Of a DNA stretch of 64,000 nt, positions 17,913 to 27,161 are shown piece after piece (within the stretch, counting starts at the first letter, position 1; each line of letters begins with the position of its first letter). A program made the translations under genes and the position numbers. The notes under the pieces are model-generated. The model did no database searches. It saw only the letters and a program-made list of their open reading frames with translations, and was not told the origin of the DNA. Origin of the DNA: Caulobacteraceae bacterium. GTDB taxonomy: Bacteria > Pseudomonadota > Alphaproteobacteria > Caulobacterales > Aquidulcibacteraceae. Location: NCBI GenBank assembly GCA_031431115.1, contig JANPCV010000056.1:26132-90131 (forward strand), written 5' to 3'.

Positions 17913-19946
17913 GTGACTGAGGAACTCGGACCACGGAAGCTCGCGGCGATCATGTCGATCGACGTCGCGGGCTATTCGGCCATGTCCGAAGTGGATGAGG
18001 CCGAAGCTCTCGCCATGGTCGCGCGGGTGCGGGACGTGTTGGACGCAATCGTGCAGGATCACGGTGGGCGCATCTTCAACAGCGCCGGCGACGGTTTCAT
18101 GCTTGAGTTTGCTTCTGCCGCTGGCGCACTTGGTGCGGCGGAGGTGTTGTGGGGCGCCGTTGAGCGCCATCGCGTGCGTGTCGGCGTGCATGTCGGCGAT
18201 GTGATGATGACCAAGACGGGCGATTTGCTCGGGCATAGCGTCAATGTCGCCGCACGCTTGCAGCAGCTCGCACGCCCCGGCGCTGTCGTTGTGTCCTTGG
18301 ATGTGCGCCGCGCGGTGCGTGGCAAGCTCGCACAGCGCCTTCATGCAGCCGGCGCTGTCCACTTGGACAAGATGAGCGAGACGATCGATATTTTCACGCT
18401 CGAAGCGATTGCCGCACAACGCGCACGCGTACGAAAATCAGAGCCGGTTTTGGCGGTATTGCCGTTCGACAATGAGAGCTTTGCGGCGGAGATGAACTAT
18501 TTCTCGGAAGGCGTTGCTGACGAGATTATTTCAACCCTGCTGCGCCAATCGAAGATCAAAGTGATCGGCCGCACGTCGGCCTTTCAGTTTCGCGATGACC
18601 GCAAGAGCGAAGCGGCGGCCGAACTCAAAGCCAGTCACGTTCTGGATGGCTCGGTGCGCTTGAACGGTGATGTGATGCGGGTGTCGGTGCAGTTGATTGA
18701 GGCTGCGAGCGGCGTGGTGCTTTGGAGCGAGCGCTACGAGGGCGACCGCAACGACGCGTTTGCGCTTGAAGATGAGATATCCGCAAAGGTCGCCGGCTCG
18801 CTGCGCCGCTCGCTGGCGCAATCAGATCGCGCCGCCACTCCCGTCGATCCCGCCGCCTACGATCTTTATCTCCGGGCCCGGCAAATCTGGTTGATGATGA
18901 GCGATACCGAAGAGGATCAGGCCGCCGTTCTTCTGGAGCGCTGCGTTTCTATCGCCCCAGATTTCGCCGACGCTTGGGCAGTGCTCGCAAGCGTGCGTGC
19001 ATTGTTGCTGCCGCGAGACCGTGACCTCATCGGAACGCCGGCGCATGACGCCGCGCTCGCTGCCGCGAACCGTGCGCTTGAGCTGAATGCGGATTGTGCT
19101 CACGGCATGGTGGCGCTGTCTCTACTCAAGCCCGCATTTGGCGACCACGCCGAGAAGATCTCACTGGTCAATGAAGCGCTGAAGCGCACGCCAAATGACC
19201 CCTCGTTGCATGTGGCCCGCGCGGCTTGGCTTTATAGCGTCGGCCGCTTGAAAGACGCCGCGCGCGCTCTTGAAATTGCGAGTCTGCTTGATCCTTTGGG
19301 ACCTGCTGTCGAAGGCTTGCGCGCCAGCATGCTGAGTGCGCGCGGCGATGTTGAGACGGCGCGTGAAATCGTGAGCGCAGCATGGGCGCGCTGGCCGGAT
19401 TCGCCGTTCATTTGGTACTTGATGTGGACGACGCTTTGCATTGCGGGCGATCTCGGTGTGGTCGATGCGCTGGCGCTGCCGGAGAATGTGCCGCGCCGCG
19501 GCGCCACGAACCGCGATGTGGAGGTGTTGCTGAACTACGCGGCGCTGCTGCGATTGCCTGCCGTAGAGAGAAAAGCCGCGTGCGAACGCATCCTTGATCA
19601 GATGGCGGCAAGCGAAGAACCGCTCGCGCTTTCAACGTGTATCTTTGCTGCCGGTCATGGTTGCGCAGATAAGGCGTTTGAGACGATCGACACCGCCTTG
19701 GACGCCGGCCGTCAGCTCAAGCCTGACAATCACGAGGCTTTCGGCATGGCGCGGTCGCAAGCCCCGCTGCAATTGTTTGTCGGCGCCACTGGCGAGCCGA
19801 TCTGGAAGCACGCCCGCTTTCCAGCGTTGTGCGCGCGCCTTGGGCTTGCTCAGTATTGGGTAGAAACCAAGAAGTGGCCCGATTGCGCGAGCGAGACGGC
19901 ATACGACTTCAAAGCGGCGTGCGCGGCCGCCGTTGCCGCCGCTTAG
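17913..19946 (+). CDS. Class III adenylate/guanylate cyclase with TolB-like and TPR regions
   Basis: The N-terminus carries IMSIDVAGYS, FNSAGDGFMLEF and GHSVNVAARLQ (metal Asp and transition-state residues). A long TPR-like C-terminus follows. Confidence 0.8.
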   Translation: MTEELGPRKLAAIMSIDVAGYSAMSEVDEAEALAMVARVRDVLDAIVQDHGGRIFNSAGDGFMLEFASAAGALGAAEVLWGAVERHRVRVGVHVGDVMMTKTGDLLGHSVNVAARLQQLARPGAVVVSLDVRRAVRGKLAQRLHAAGAVHLDKMSETIDIFTLEAIAAQRARVRKSEPVLAVLPFDNESFAAEMNYFSEGVADEIISTLLRQSKIKVIGRTSAFQFRDDRKSEAAAELKASHVLDGSVRLNGDVMRVSVQLIEAASGVVLWSERYEGDRNDAFALEDEISAKVAGSLRRSLAQSDRAATPVDPAAYDLYLRARQIWLMMSDTEEDQAAVLLERCVSIAPDFADAWAVLASVRALLLPRDRDLIGTPAHDAALAAANRALELNADCAHGMVALSLLKPAFGDHAEKISLVNEALKRTPNDPSLHVARAAWLYSVGRLKDAARALEIASLLDPLGPAVEGLRASMLSARGDVETAREIVSAAWARWPDSPFIWYLMWTTLCIAGDLGVVDALALPENVPRRGATNRDVEVLLNYAALLRLPAVERKAACERILDQMAASEEPLALSTCIFAAGHGCADKAFETIDTALDAGRQLKPDNHEAFGMARSQAPLQLFVGATGEPIWKHARFPALCARLGLAQYWVETKKWPDCASETAYDFKAACAAAVAAA

Positions 19947-21091
19947 ACCTCATCGACGCTGACTTTTCCGTCTTTGAGTTTCAGCGCCAGCTTGCCGTGC
20001 TTCAGCGCGAGTGCGCGCTCGCCGAAGACTTCGCGTCGCCAGCCTTGCAGAGCTGCGACGTCGGCATTGTCATCGGCTGCAATCGCCTCGACCTCCGGCG
20101 CCGATGCGATGAGACGCGGCGCAACGTTGTGGCGCTCGGCTTCGTAGCGCAGCAGCACTTTTAGCAACTCGACCGTCGGTCCCAGACCAGGCGGCACTGG
20201 CGGTGGGCGTTCGTGCTTGTAGACGGGCCGATCGGGATCGCTGAAGCCGCGGTCCAGGGCTTGAATGAGTTCTTGGGCTGCGCGGGAATTGCCGAAGCCG
20301 CGCGGCACGGCGCGCATGCGCTCGAAATCAGCTGCGTTTTTCGGGCGCTGTTCTGCGATTTCGTAGAGAGCCTCGTCTTTTACGACGCGCCCGCGCGGTA
20401 CGTCGCGCTGCTGCGCTTGGCGTTCGCGCCATGCGGCGGCGACTTGCAGGCCCAACACATAGTCAGCTGTCGTCTTGCGCAGCTTCAGCCGGTTCCAGGA
20501 ATTTTCCGGAGTCGTATCGTAGATGTTCGGATTGAGCAGATAATCATGCTCTTCATCGAGCCAGGAGAGCCGTCCTTCGCTTTCCAGCTTGTCGTGCATC
20601 TTTGGATAAATGTCGCGCAGGTGCGTGACGTCAGCCAGGGCGTACTCAAGCTGGGCGTCCGACAGCGGGCGGCGGCTCCAATCCGTGAAACGCGAGGATT
20701 TATCCAAGCGGCGCTTGAGCACTTGCTGGACGAGCGCGTCGTACGCGACCGTATCGCCATAGCCGCAGGCCATCGCGGCAATTTGCGTGTCGAACACCGG
20801 ATGCGGAAGCTTGCCGCCGATCTTCAGAAAAATCTCCAGATCCTGACGCGCGGCGTGGAAGATCTTCAGCACCTTCTCGTTCGCCATCAGCTCCATGAAC
20901 GGCGCAAGCTCCAAGCCATCGGCGAGTGGATCGATCACGCCCTCGACGCCCGGCGCAGCGGCCTGGATGAGGCACAGCTTTGGCCAGTACGTGGTTTCGC
21001 GCATGAACTCGGTATCGACCGCGACAAACGGTTGCTGCGCCATCTCCTGGCACAGTGCTTCCAAGTCGGCAGTCTTGGTGATGACGCGCAT
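19943..21091 (-). CDS. rnd: Ribonuclease D
   Basis: 382 aa with FVAVDTEF..., the DEDD exonuclease motif, an HRDC-like tail and ...YALADVTHL. Confidence 0.9.
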   Translation of the reverse strand: MRVITKTADLEALCQEMAQQPFVAVDTEFMRETTYWPKLCLIQAAAPGVEGVIDPLADGLELAPFMELMANEKVLKIFHAARQDLEIFLKIGGKLPHPVFDTQIAAMACGYGDTVAYDALVQQVLKRRLDKSSRFTDWSRRPLSDAQLEYALADVTHLRDIYPKMHDKLESEGRLSWLDEEHDYLLNPNIYDTTPENSWNRLKLRKTTADYVLGLQVAAAWRERQAQQRDVPRGRVVKDEALYEIAEQRPKNAADFERMRAVPRGFGNSRAAQELIQALDRGFSDPDRPVYKHERPPPVPPGLGPTVELLKVLLRYEAERHNVAPRLIASAPEVEAIAADDNADVAALQGWRREVFGERALALKHGKLALKLKDGKVSVDEV

Positions 21092-21149
21092 AAGGCTGGT
21101 TGCGGCGCGCCGGGCTTGGGGTCAAGCGCGGACGCCGCCTCAGGCGGTA

Positions 21150-22094
21150 TTATTCCGGCGCCACGGCAGGTTGAGGCGTGATGAAACCTTGGCCCAATGC
21201 TCCGCTGGCGATCAGGTTGCGGAGGTAGGCGTCATCGTGGGCTGGGACGAGCACTAGGTCAGGATTTGCCGCGGCAACATCATGCAGCGCGCGTAGTTGG
21301 CGCAGAACTTCGCCGCGGCCGGGATCAACACCGGGCATGATCCAAGTGATGAAGCGCGGGCGGCCGCGGAGATGTTCGACGCTGCCCATGACCCAGGCGA
21401 TATCGCCGATGAACAGATATTCGCGCGTCGCGGTCTTTGCGTAAATCAGGATGGTGCCGGGTGAGTGGCCGGGCATTGCAACAGCCACCACGCCCGGCGC
21501 GATGCGCTGTGGTTGCGTGAGATCGAGCTGCGTTGCGCCGGCGATTTCAGGCGCGAGTTGCCCGTTGGGTGCGTGTTGCGGAAGGCCCGCGAGCTGCGCG
21601 GCGGTGAGGTCGAGATTGCGCGCAATGTCAGCGGGCTGGGGATGGCGGGCGATCGCCATGACGTGATCGAGATGCTCGTGCGTGATCATCACGGTGGGCG
21701 AGCGTGTCATTGCAGTGAGCACGCGTTCGTATGCTTGTTCGTCGAAGCTGCCTTTGCCTTGTGACATTTGGTCGAGCGTGTCGCGGTCCACTGCGCCATC
21801 GATGATGGTGTCGCCGTTTGGCGCGACGAGTTGAAATGAGTTGTAGGACATCGTCCGTTCGCCGCCGAAGACGCCGGCTTCGGTCGCGAAGCTCGGGGCG
21901 TTGCTTTCGCCGACGAACTCAATGTTTACGCTAGTTGGAAGCGTGGCGGCAGCATCGTTGGCGACGAGTTCGCGATACGCCGCAAGATCGACAACGCCGT
22001 CCGCCTCAGCCGGAGCGGCAGCGTCCAGCACGGCATACCAAAACAGCGCCGCCAGTGCGGCGAGCACGATCGCAATCCCAGCCAGCCATTTCAT
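21150..22094 (-). CDS. Membrane-anchored MBL-fold metallo-hydrolase
   Basis: N-terminal TM helix (MKWLAGIAIVLAALAALFWYAVL) and MBL motif ITHEHLDHV...MPGHSPG. Confidence 0.75.
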   Translation of the reverse strand: MKWLAGIAIVLAALAALFWYAVLDAAAPAEADGVVDLAAYRELVANDAAATLPTSVNIEFVGESNAPSFATEAGVFGGERTMSYNSFQLVAPNGDTIIDGAVDRDTLDQMSQGKGSFDEQAYERVLTAMTRSPTVMITHEHLDHVMAIARHPQPADIARNLDLTAAQLAGLPQHAPNGQLAPEIAGATQLDLTQPQRIAPGVVAVAMPGHSPGTILIYAKTATREYLFIGDIAWVMGSVEHLRGRPRFITWIMPGVDPGRGEVLRQLRALHDVAAANPDLVLVPAHDDAYLRNLIASGALGQGFITPQPAVAPE

Positions 22095-22729
22095 GAGTGT
22101 CCCCCTGCGGTATCTTCGCGTGGTCCTGATAGCACAATCTTCATCTGATCGGCGGGGAATGGTCTAGCCAGGGCGAGCGCGTCTTCTGTGGAGCCGTCCA
22201 GCCACACGTCAACGTCGTCACCTGTGAGCATTACCGGCATGGCTTCGGCGTGGATCGGCCTTGTGAGATCGTTCGCATCGGTCGTGAGGATCGAGAACAG
22301 CAGGTGCGTGGCGTCCTCCTTGCCCCGAATGCCGCTCCAGGGCCGCCAGATCCCTGCGAAACAGAAGAGCGGCCGGTCGTCGCTGAGCCCGAACCAGTGC
22401 GCCACCTTCGGTGTGGTGTCGGTATATTCAACAAAGCTCGTGGCTGGGACGACGCAGCGATAACGGGGTGAATCCAGCGATCCGCGCCAGTAGCTGGATT
22501 TCAGGTTGCGCACATTAGTGACCGGCCGTTTGCCGCCGCCAGCGGGCGGGAAGCCCCAGCGCATCATGACGACCTCGCGCAGGCCGTCCTTTGAGTTGCC
22601 GACCACCGGCGCCATTTGGTCCGGGAAAATGGCGGGTAAGGGCGGCTGATTTCCGGTCCTATCGCGCATAGCGCGGGTGTAGGCCACCAGCGCCTCGCGC
22701 GATTTGGTCATAGAGTAGAGGTTGCACAT
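22091..22729 (-). CDS. SOS-response-associated peptidase (SRAP/YedK family)
   Basis: Starts MCNLYS with the invariant Cys2. Size is about 210 aa. 4-nt overlap with the downstream MBL gene. Confidence 0.85.
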   Translation of the reverse strand: MCNLYSMTKSREALVAYTRAMRDRTGNQPPLPAIFPDQMAPVVGNSKDGLREVVMMRWGFPPAGGGKRPVTNVRNLKSSYWRGSLDSPRYRCVVPATSFVEYTDTTPKVAHWFGLSDDRPLFCFAGIWRPWSGIRGKEDATHLLFSILTTDANDLTRPIHAEAMPVMLTGDDVDVWLDGSTEDALALARPFPADQMKIVLSGPREDTAGGHS

Positions 22730-22841
22730 CTGTGGAGCTGTTCTGCCGGGGCGCCCCGCGCCTTGACAAGGCGGCTAGCCCCATGCGCTTTCCGCGAAAA
22801 TTGTGTCCGGCATTCTGACACGGATACATCTGGAGTTTGCT

Positions 22842-24644
22842 ATGCACGCCTACCGATCCCACACCTGCGGCGCTCTGCGACCGGCTGATGCCGGCAAGGA
22901 TGTCCGCTTGGGCGGCTGGGTGCACCGCAAGCGCGACCTGGGCGGGCTCCTCTTTGTCGATTTGCGCGACCATTATGGGATTACCCAATTGGTGATCAAT
23001 CCAGGCTCGCCTGCGTTCGGCTTGTTCGAGCGTCTGCGTGCGGAGACCGTGGTCCGGATCGACGGCAAGGTCATCGAGCGCGGCAAGGACACTGTGAACG
23101 CCGAGCTTCCCACGGGCGAAATCGAGGTTCGCGTCGAAGATGCTGAAGTGCTCGGCACGGCGGAAGAACTGCCGCTGCCGGTATTCGGCGCGCCGGATTA
23201 TCCGGAAGAGATTCGTTTGAAGTATCGCTTCCTCGATCTGCGCCGCGACAAGCTGCACAAATCGATCTTATTGCGCAGCCAAGTGATCGCTTCGCTGCGA
23301 CGTCGCATGATCGATCAGGGCTTTACCGAGTTCCAAACGCCGATCCTGACGGCGTCGTCGCCAGAAGGCGCGCGCGACTTCTTGGTGCCGTCGCGTCTGC
23401 ATCCGGGCAAGTTCTACGCGCTCCCGCAAGCGCCGCAGCAATTCAAGCAACTGCTGATGGTCGCCGGCTTCGATAAGTACTTTCAAATCGCGCCGTGCTT
23501 CCGCGATGAAGATGCGCGCGCCGACCGGTCGCCGGGTGAGTTCTATCAGCTCGATTTCGAGATGAGCTTCGTCACGCAGGAAGACGTGTTCAACGCCATC
23601 GGCCCGGTTCTGGCTGGCGTGTTCGAGGAATTCGGAAACGGCAAGCGCGTGACGCCGGCCAACGAATTCCCGCGCATCCCCTATGCGGAAGCGATCTCGA
23701 AGTACGGCTCGGACAAGCCGGACTTGCGCAACCCGCTGGTGTTGCAAGATGTGAGCGACCACTTCCGCGGCGGTGGCTTTGGCCTCTTCGCGCGCTTCCT
23801 TGAAAAGCCGAACAACGCCGTATGGGCCGTGCCTGCGCCGAGCGGCGGATCGCGTGCGTTCTGCGATAAGATGAACAGCTGGGCGCAAAGCGAAGGCCAG
23901 CCTGGCCTTGGCTACATTTTCTGGCGTGAAGGCGAAGAAGGCGGCGCTGGCCCGATCGCGAAGAATATCGGTCCCGAGAAGGCGAACGCCATCCGCGAAC
24001 AGCTTGGACTGAAGGTCGGTGACGCCGCGTTCTTCGTCGCGGGTGATCCGAGCGTGTTTTACAAGTTCGCGGGTCAGGCTCGTAACAAGGTCGCGGATGA
24101 GCTGAACCTTGCGGACAAGGACCAGTTCAAGTTCTGCTGGATCGTCGACTTCCCGATGTACGAGTGGAGCGAGGAAGAGAAGAAGATCGACTTCTCGCAC
24201 AACCCGTTCTCGATGCCGAACTTCGACCATGAGAAGTTCTTGAAGCTCGACGTCAGCGACCGCGCGACGATCGAGAAGATCACGGCGTTCCAGTACGATA
24301 TCGTCTGTAACGGCGTGGAATTGAGCTCCGGCGCTATTCGTAACCACAAGCCAGACATCATGATCAAGGCGTTTGAACTCGCGGGTTATCCGCAGAGCGT
24401 GGTCGAAGAAAAATTCGGCGGCATGCTGAATGCGTTCCGCTTCGGCGCGCCGCCGCACGGTGGTTCAGCGCCGGGCGTGGACCGCATCGTCATGCTGCTC
24501 GCCGGCGTCGACAATATCCGCGAAGTCATCGTCTTCCCGTTCAACCAGCAAGCTCAAGACTTGATGATGAACGCGCCGGGCGAAGTGACGCCAAAGCAGC
24601 TGAAAGAGCTGCACATCCGGATTGCGGAAACGCCGAAGAGCTAG
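22842..24644 (+). CDS. aspS: Aspartate--tRNA ligase
   Basis: [13 protein letters not shown]... with class II motifs [17 protein letters not shown] 22842 has an upstream GGAG. The 22803 start in the ORF track is probably too early. Confidence 0.95.
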   Translation: MHAYRSHTCGALRPADAGKDVRLGGWVHRKRDLGGLLFVDLRDHYGITQLVINPGSPAFGLFERLRAETVVRIDGKVIERGKDTVNAELPTGEIEVRVEDAEVLGTAEELPLPVFGAPDYPEEIRLKYRFLDLRRDKLHKSILLRSQVIASLRRRMIDQGFTEFQTPILTASSPEGARDFLVPSRLHPGKFYALPQAPQQFKQLLMVAGFDKYFQIAPCFRDEDARADRSPGEFYQLDFEMSFVTQEDVFNAIGPVLAGVFEEFGNGKRVTPANEFPRIPYAEAISKYGSDKPDLRNPLVLQDVSDHFRGGGFGLFARFLEKPNNAVWAVPAPSGGSRAFCDKMNSWAQSEGQPGLGYIFWREGEEGGAGPIAKNIGPEKANAIREQLGLKVGDAAFFVAGDPSVFYKFAGQARNKVADELNLADKDQFKFCWIVDFPMYEWSEEEKKIDFSHNPFSMPNFDHEKFLKLDVSDRATIEKITAFQYDIVCNGVELSSGAIRNHKPDIMIKAFELAGYPQSVVEEKFGGMLNAFRFGAPPHGGSAPGVDRIVMLLAGVDNIREVIVFPFNQQAQDLMMNAPGEVTPKQLKELHIRIAETPKS

Positions 24645-24656
24645 TGAGGGTTACGC

Positions 24657-25088
24657 GTGGGACCAGAATGGATCGCAGCAGCGGCTGGTATCGTAGGCGC
24701 TCTCAGCGCCGTTCTCGTGCAGGGCCTTCTGTCTCACTTCGGCGGCGAAACCGAGCGGAAGCGGGAATTGCTTCTCCAGGCATACCAAGCGCTGATAGAG
24801 TCGATGGCTTCCTTGTCTATCGAGCGTCCCGGCGCGGGAGCAACGCGCGATCTTATCGCCGCCAAACAGCGAATCCTGCAGTTCGCTCCGACGGAAGTCG
24901 TTCACGCGCTAGCCGAATTCTGCCGAACATCGCAAATACTCGCCAACACTGATGCGGTGGCAACGTTCGCGCAGCTTCTAAGAGCGATGCGCGGCTCGTT
25001 AGGGATGCCGCCGGTCACGGATGGAGACATGTTGCGCATTCTGGTCAACGCAGATTCCATCGCCGACTATTCGCAACGAGGGACGTGA
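24657..25088 (+). CDS. Hypothetical protein, N-terminal TM helix plus helical domain
   Basis: 143 aa with no motif I recognise. GC is visibly lower than its neighbours and rare codons (cta, tta, ata, aga) are used. The 3' end overlaps the convergent pentapeptide gene by 22 nt. Confidence 0.45.
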   Translation: MGPEWIAAAAGIVGALSAVLVQGLLSHFGGETERKRELLLQAYQALIESMASLSIERPGAGATRDLIAAKQRILQFAPTEVVHALAEFCRTSQILANTDAVATFAQLLRAMRGSLGMPPVTDGDMLRILVNADSIADYSQRGT

Positions 25089-25540
25089 AGACCGCGGGGC
25101 AGTCGGGTGTCTTCATCGCCGCAAGCGGCTGAAAGCTGTTGCTGAGTGAGACCGGCGGAGAAGCGCAAGTCCGCTCCGGCAAAGTTAGCCCGAACAAGTC
25201 GAGCACCGTGAAACTGCGCCCGCGTGAGCGACGCCCGCACGAACCGCGTACGTTCTAAGTCCGCGTCGGTGAAATTCGCACCTTCGAAGCGCGAACCCGA
25301 AGCGTCAGCGCGTGTGAGCACGGCATTCGAAAAATCGGTGCGGCTGAAGTTCGAGTGCGTCATCCGCGCGCCGGTGAGAATTCGGCCTGAAAGATCGCAA
25401 TCTTCGCAGACGCCGCCATAAGCGGGTGCAAGATCGAGGCGCGCGTCGGCGCCGAACGGCCAGAACGCGGACGCCTGGCTCGCCGATGCCGCTGCGAGGG
25501 CGGCCGCCGCGAAAACGGCGAGGCGGAAATGTGTCAGCAC
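25067..25540 (-). CDS. Secreted pentapeptide-repeat protein (PRP-2)
   Basis: Signal peptide MLTHFRLAVFAAAALAAASASQASA. CEDCDLSG cap. Tandem A(D/N)LxX pentapeptides (ANFTDADLERTRFVRASLTRAQFHGARLVRANFAGADL). C-terminal TQQQLSAACGD..TRLPRGLHVPRC. Confidence 0.85.
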   Translation of the reverse strand: MLTHFRLAVFAAAALAAASASQASAFWPFGADARLDLAPAYGGVCEDCDLSGRILTGARMTHSNFSRTDFSNAVLTRADASGSRFEGANFTDADLERTRFVRASLTRAQFHGARLVRANFAGADLRFSAGLTQQQLSAACGDEDTRLPRGLHVPRCE

Positions 25541-25600
25541 GGCGCCGGGTTAGGCGCGGTCAAGATTCCACGCCAGTGAACATGCAGTAAGCGAGAATTG

Positions 25601-26137
25601 TTACTGGTTGTTACCGCAGGCAGGGATAGTCATTCCGGCGGGGAGCGTGGTCGTTGCATCGCCGCACGCAGTATTCAGCTGGGTTTGCGTCAGCCCAGTG
25701 GAGGTCGCCAGTTCCGCGCCCGAGAGATTGGCGCCGGTCAGGACGGCTCCGGTCAAACGTGCGCCGCCCAAATAAGCGCCGACAAGAGTCGCGCCCTCAA
25801 GGTTGGCGTCGCTCAGATCAGCGCCGGAGAGGCGGGCGCCAAAGAAGTTGGTCAGCGACATGTTCGCGCCGTGAAAGCGGGTGCGATCCGCAGTGGCGAG
25901 CGAGAGATCGGCTTGGCGGATTCGTGCGCCAGAGAAGTTGCGTCCCGCGACTGATTGATAGGCGAGACTGATCTGGAATAGGTCGCAGTTAGCGCACGAA
26001 GCGCCGCCACGAACGCGAGCGGCGATCGCATCACGCTCGGCTTGGTTGGTGATCGGCCCGCCGGTGGCGGACGGCGCCTGCGCGAAAGCAGGCGTCGTTA
26101 ACGTCAAAAGACAAGCAAATAGCGCGGCGCGTTTCAT
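25601..26137 (-). CDS. Secreted pentapeptide-repeat protein (PRP-1)
   Basis: The start is ATG 26137, giving MKRAALFACLLTLTTPAFAQA (signal peptide). CANCDLFQ cap. Pentapeptide run (GANMSLTNFFGARLSGADLSDANLEGATLVGAYLGGARLTGAVLTGANLSGAEL). C-terminal TQTQLNTACGD..TTLPAGMTIPAC. Confidence 0.85.
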   Translation of the reverse strand: MKRAALFACLLTLTTPAFAQAPSATGGPITNQAERDAIAARVRGGASCANCDLFQISLAYQSVAGRNFSGARIRQADLSLATADRTRFHGANMSLTNFFGARLSGADLSDANLEGATLVGAYLGGARLTGAVLTGANLSGAELATSTGLTQTQLNTACGDATTTLPAGMTIPACGNNQ

Positions 26138-26190
26138 AATGGCGCAACTCCAAAAGAGGTTGCGCTCGCCGTCGCAGGACGCGGGCCAGA

Positions 26191-26625
26191 CTAGCGTCCC
26201 GGGCGCGTGCGCGAGTTCGACGGAATGACGATGTCGCGCGGGCTGCCTGCCGCGACTTGCGCCATGCACATGCGGATCGGGACGGGGCGTAAGCCGCTGC
26301 GTGTCTGGATATACGCCGTTGTGGCGCCGTTGCCGTACTGCTCGATAGAGCCACTCAGGCTGCTGCCGTGTTGGTAGAGGCAGGCGGCGTTGTTGTTGCC
26401 GTTCTGCGCGATCGCGCCGGTGTTGTTAGCGCCGGCCTGACCGAGGCCGGCACTGTTGCCCTGGCCAGCTTGGATGACTGCCGCCGCATGACCCGTACCG
26501 CTCTGACTGACGGTGGCGGTGTTGTAGATGTTGCGCGAGCCCATGCCTTGCGCGTGAGCGCCGCCCGCGAGCAAGGCAGTAAACATCAGCGCGACGAGCG
26601 GCATGGTGAGCGATGGATTTTTCAT
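26191..26625 (-). CDS. Curlin-repeat protein, CsgB-like (minor/nucleator-type)
   Basis: Signal peptide ...LLAGGAHAQ followed by three 22-aa curlin repeats: NTATVSQSGTGHAAAVIQAGQG, NSAGLGQAGANNTGAIAQNGNN and NAACLYQHGSSLSGSIEQYGNG. A degenerate fourth repeat and a basic non-repeat tail follow. Confidence 0.75.
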   Translation of the reverse strand: MKNPSLTMPLVALMFTALLAGGAHAQGMGSRNIYNTATVSQSGTGHAAAVIQAGQGNSAGLGQAGANNTGAIAQNGNNNAACLYQHGSSLSGSIEQYGNGATTAYIQTRSGLRPVPIRMCMAQVAAGSPRDIVIPSNSRTRPGR

Positions 26626-26634
26626 AACGTGACC

Positions 26635-27093
26635 TCAAAGCCTGAATGTGCGGCGGCACAGTTCGCCGGTTTCGTCGCTAAGCGTGAGCACTGCGCGCAC
26701 GCGTGATCCGCGCTCGATGCTGATTTCGTTCTCGCCGAGCGTGGCGGCCATACCCGCTTCGAGCATCAGAGGGCCGCCTTGGCTGAGTTCGGCCGAGCCG
26801 CCGCCGCCAGATTTGATGATCTGGAGATCGTATTCACCGTCGATATCGCGATCGGCGAAGGCGCGTGCCTGGATCAACACGCCGTTGGCCGTGCGCCGTG
26901 AGCGCACTTCGCAGGTGACTGCCGCGTCCTCGTAGCTGGCGCTTATGTCAGCCGCAGGAGCGTCCGAAGCCGGCGCTGCACTCAAGAGAGCAGGTTCAGA
27001 AACCTGCTCCACCGAAGCGTAGTTTTGCGCCGATGCGGAGCATGCCGAAAGCAAAGCCGCGAGCGCGATGAGAGAAACTGATTTCTTAGACAT
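26635..27093 (-). CDS. csgH: Curli-like amyloid chaperone CsgH
   Basis: 152 aa with a signal peptide or possible lipobox (LLSAC). The core CEVRSRRTANGVLIQARAFADRDIDGEYDLQIIKSGGGGSAELSQGGPLMLEAG...RVRAVLTLSDETGELC matches the alphaproteobacterial CsgH pattern as I remember it. It is sandwiched between two curlin-repeat genes. Confidence 0.65.
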   Translation of the reverse strand: MSKKSVSLIALAALLSACSASAQNYASVEQVSEPALLSAAPASDAPAADISASYEDAAVTCEVRSRRTANGVLIQARAFADRDIDGEYDLQIIKSGGGGSAELSQGGPLMLEAGMAATLGENEISIERGSRVRAVLTLSDETGELCRRTFRL

Positions 27094-27161
27094 TGTTCTG
27101 CTCCATCAACTGAAGCGGGAGATGCGGGAAGGGCCGAGTGCGCCTTCCCGCACGATCACCG

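Noticed and set aside
20213-21181. 322-aa plus-strand ORF.
   Set aside because: It is antisense to rnd (RNase D) and shows no recognisable domain.
23268-24458. 396-aa minus-strand ORF.
   Set aside because: It lies entirely antisense to aspS, and its Arg-rich junk composition marks it as an artefact.
26138-26269. N-terminal extensions offered by the track. These include PRP-1 to 26269, purN to 10875, bcp to 56577, aspS from 22803, the DsbA-like gene to 42279, the HExxH protein to 47838, the NrdJ-like gene to 32861, rne to 46080 and pcm from 34932.
   Set aside because: In each case an internal start gives a proper signal peptide or a family-typical N-terminus and/or has a good SD. The extension also overlaps a neighbour or a repeat element.
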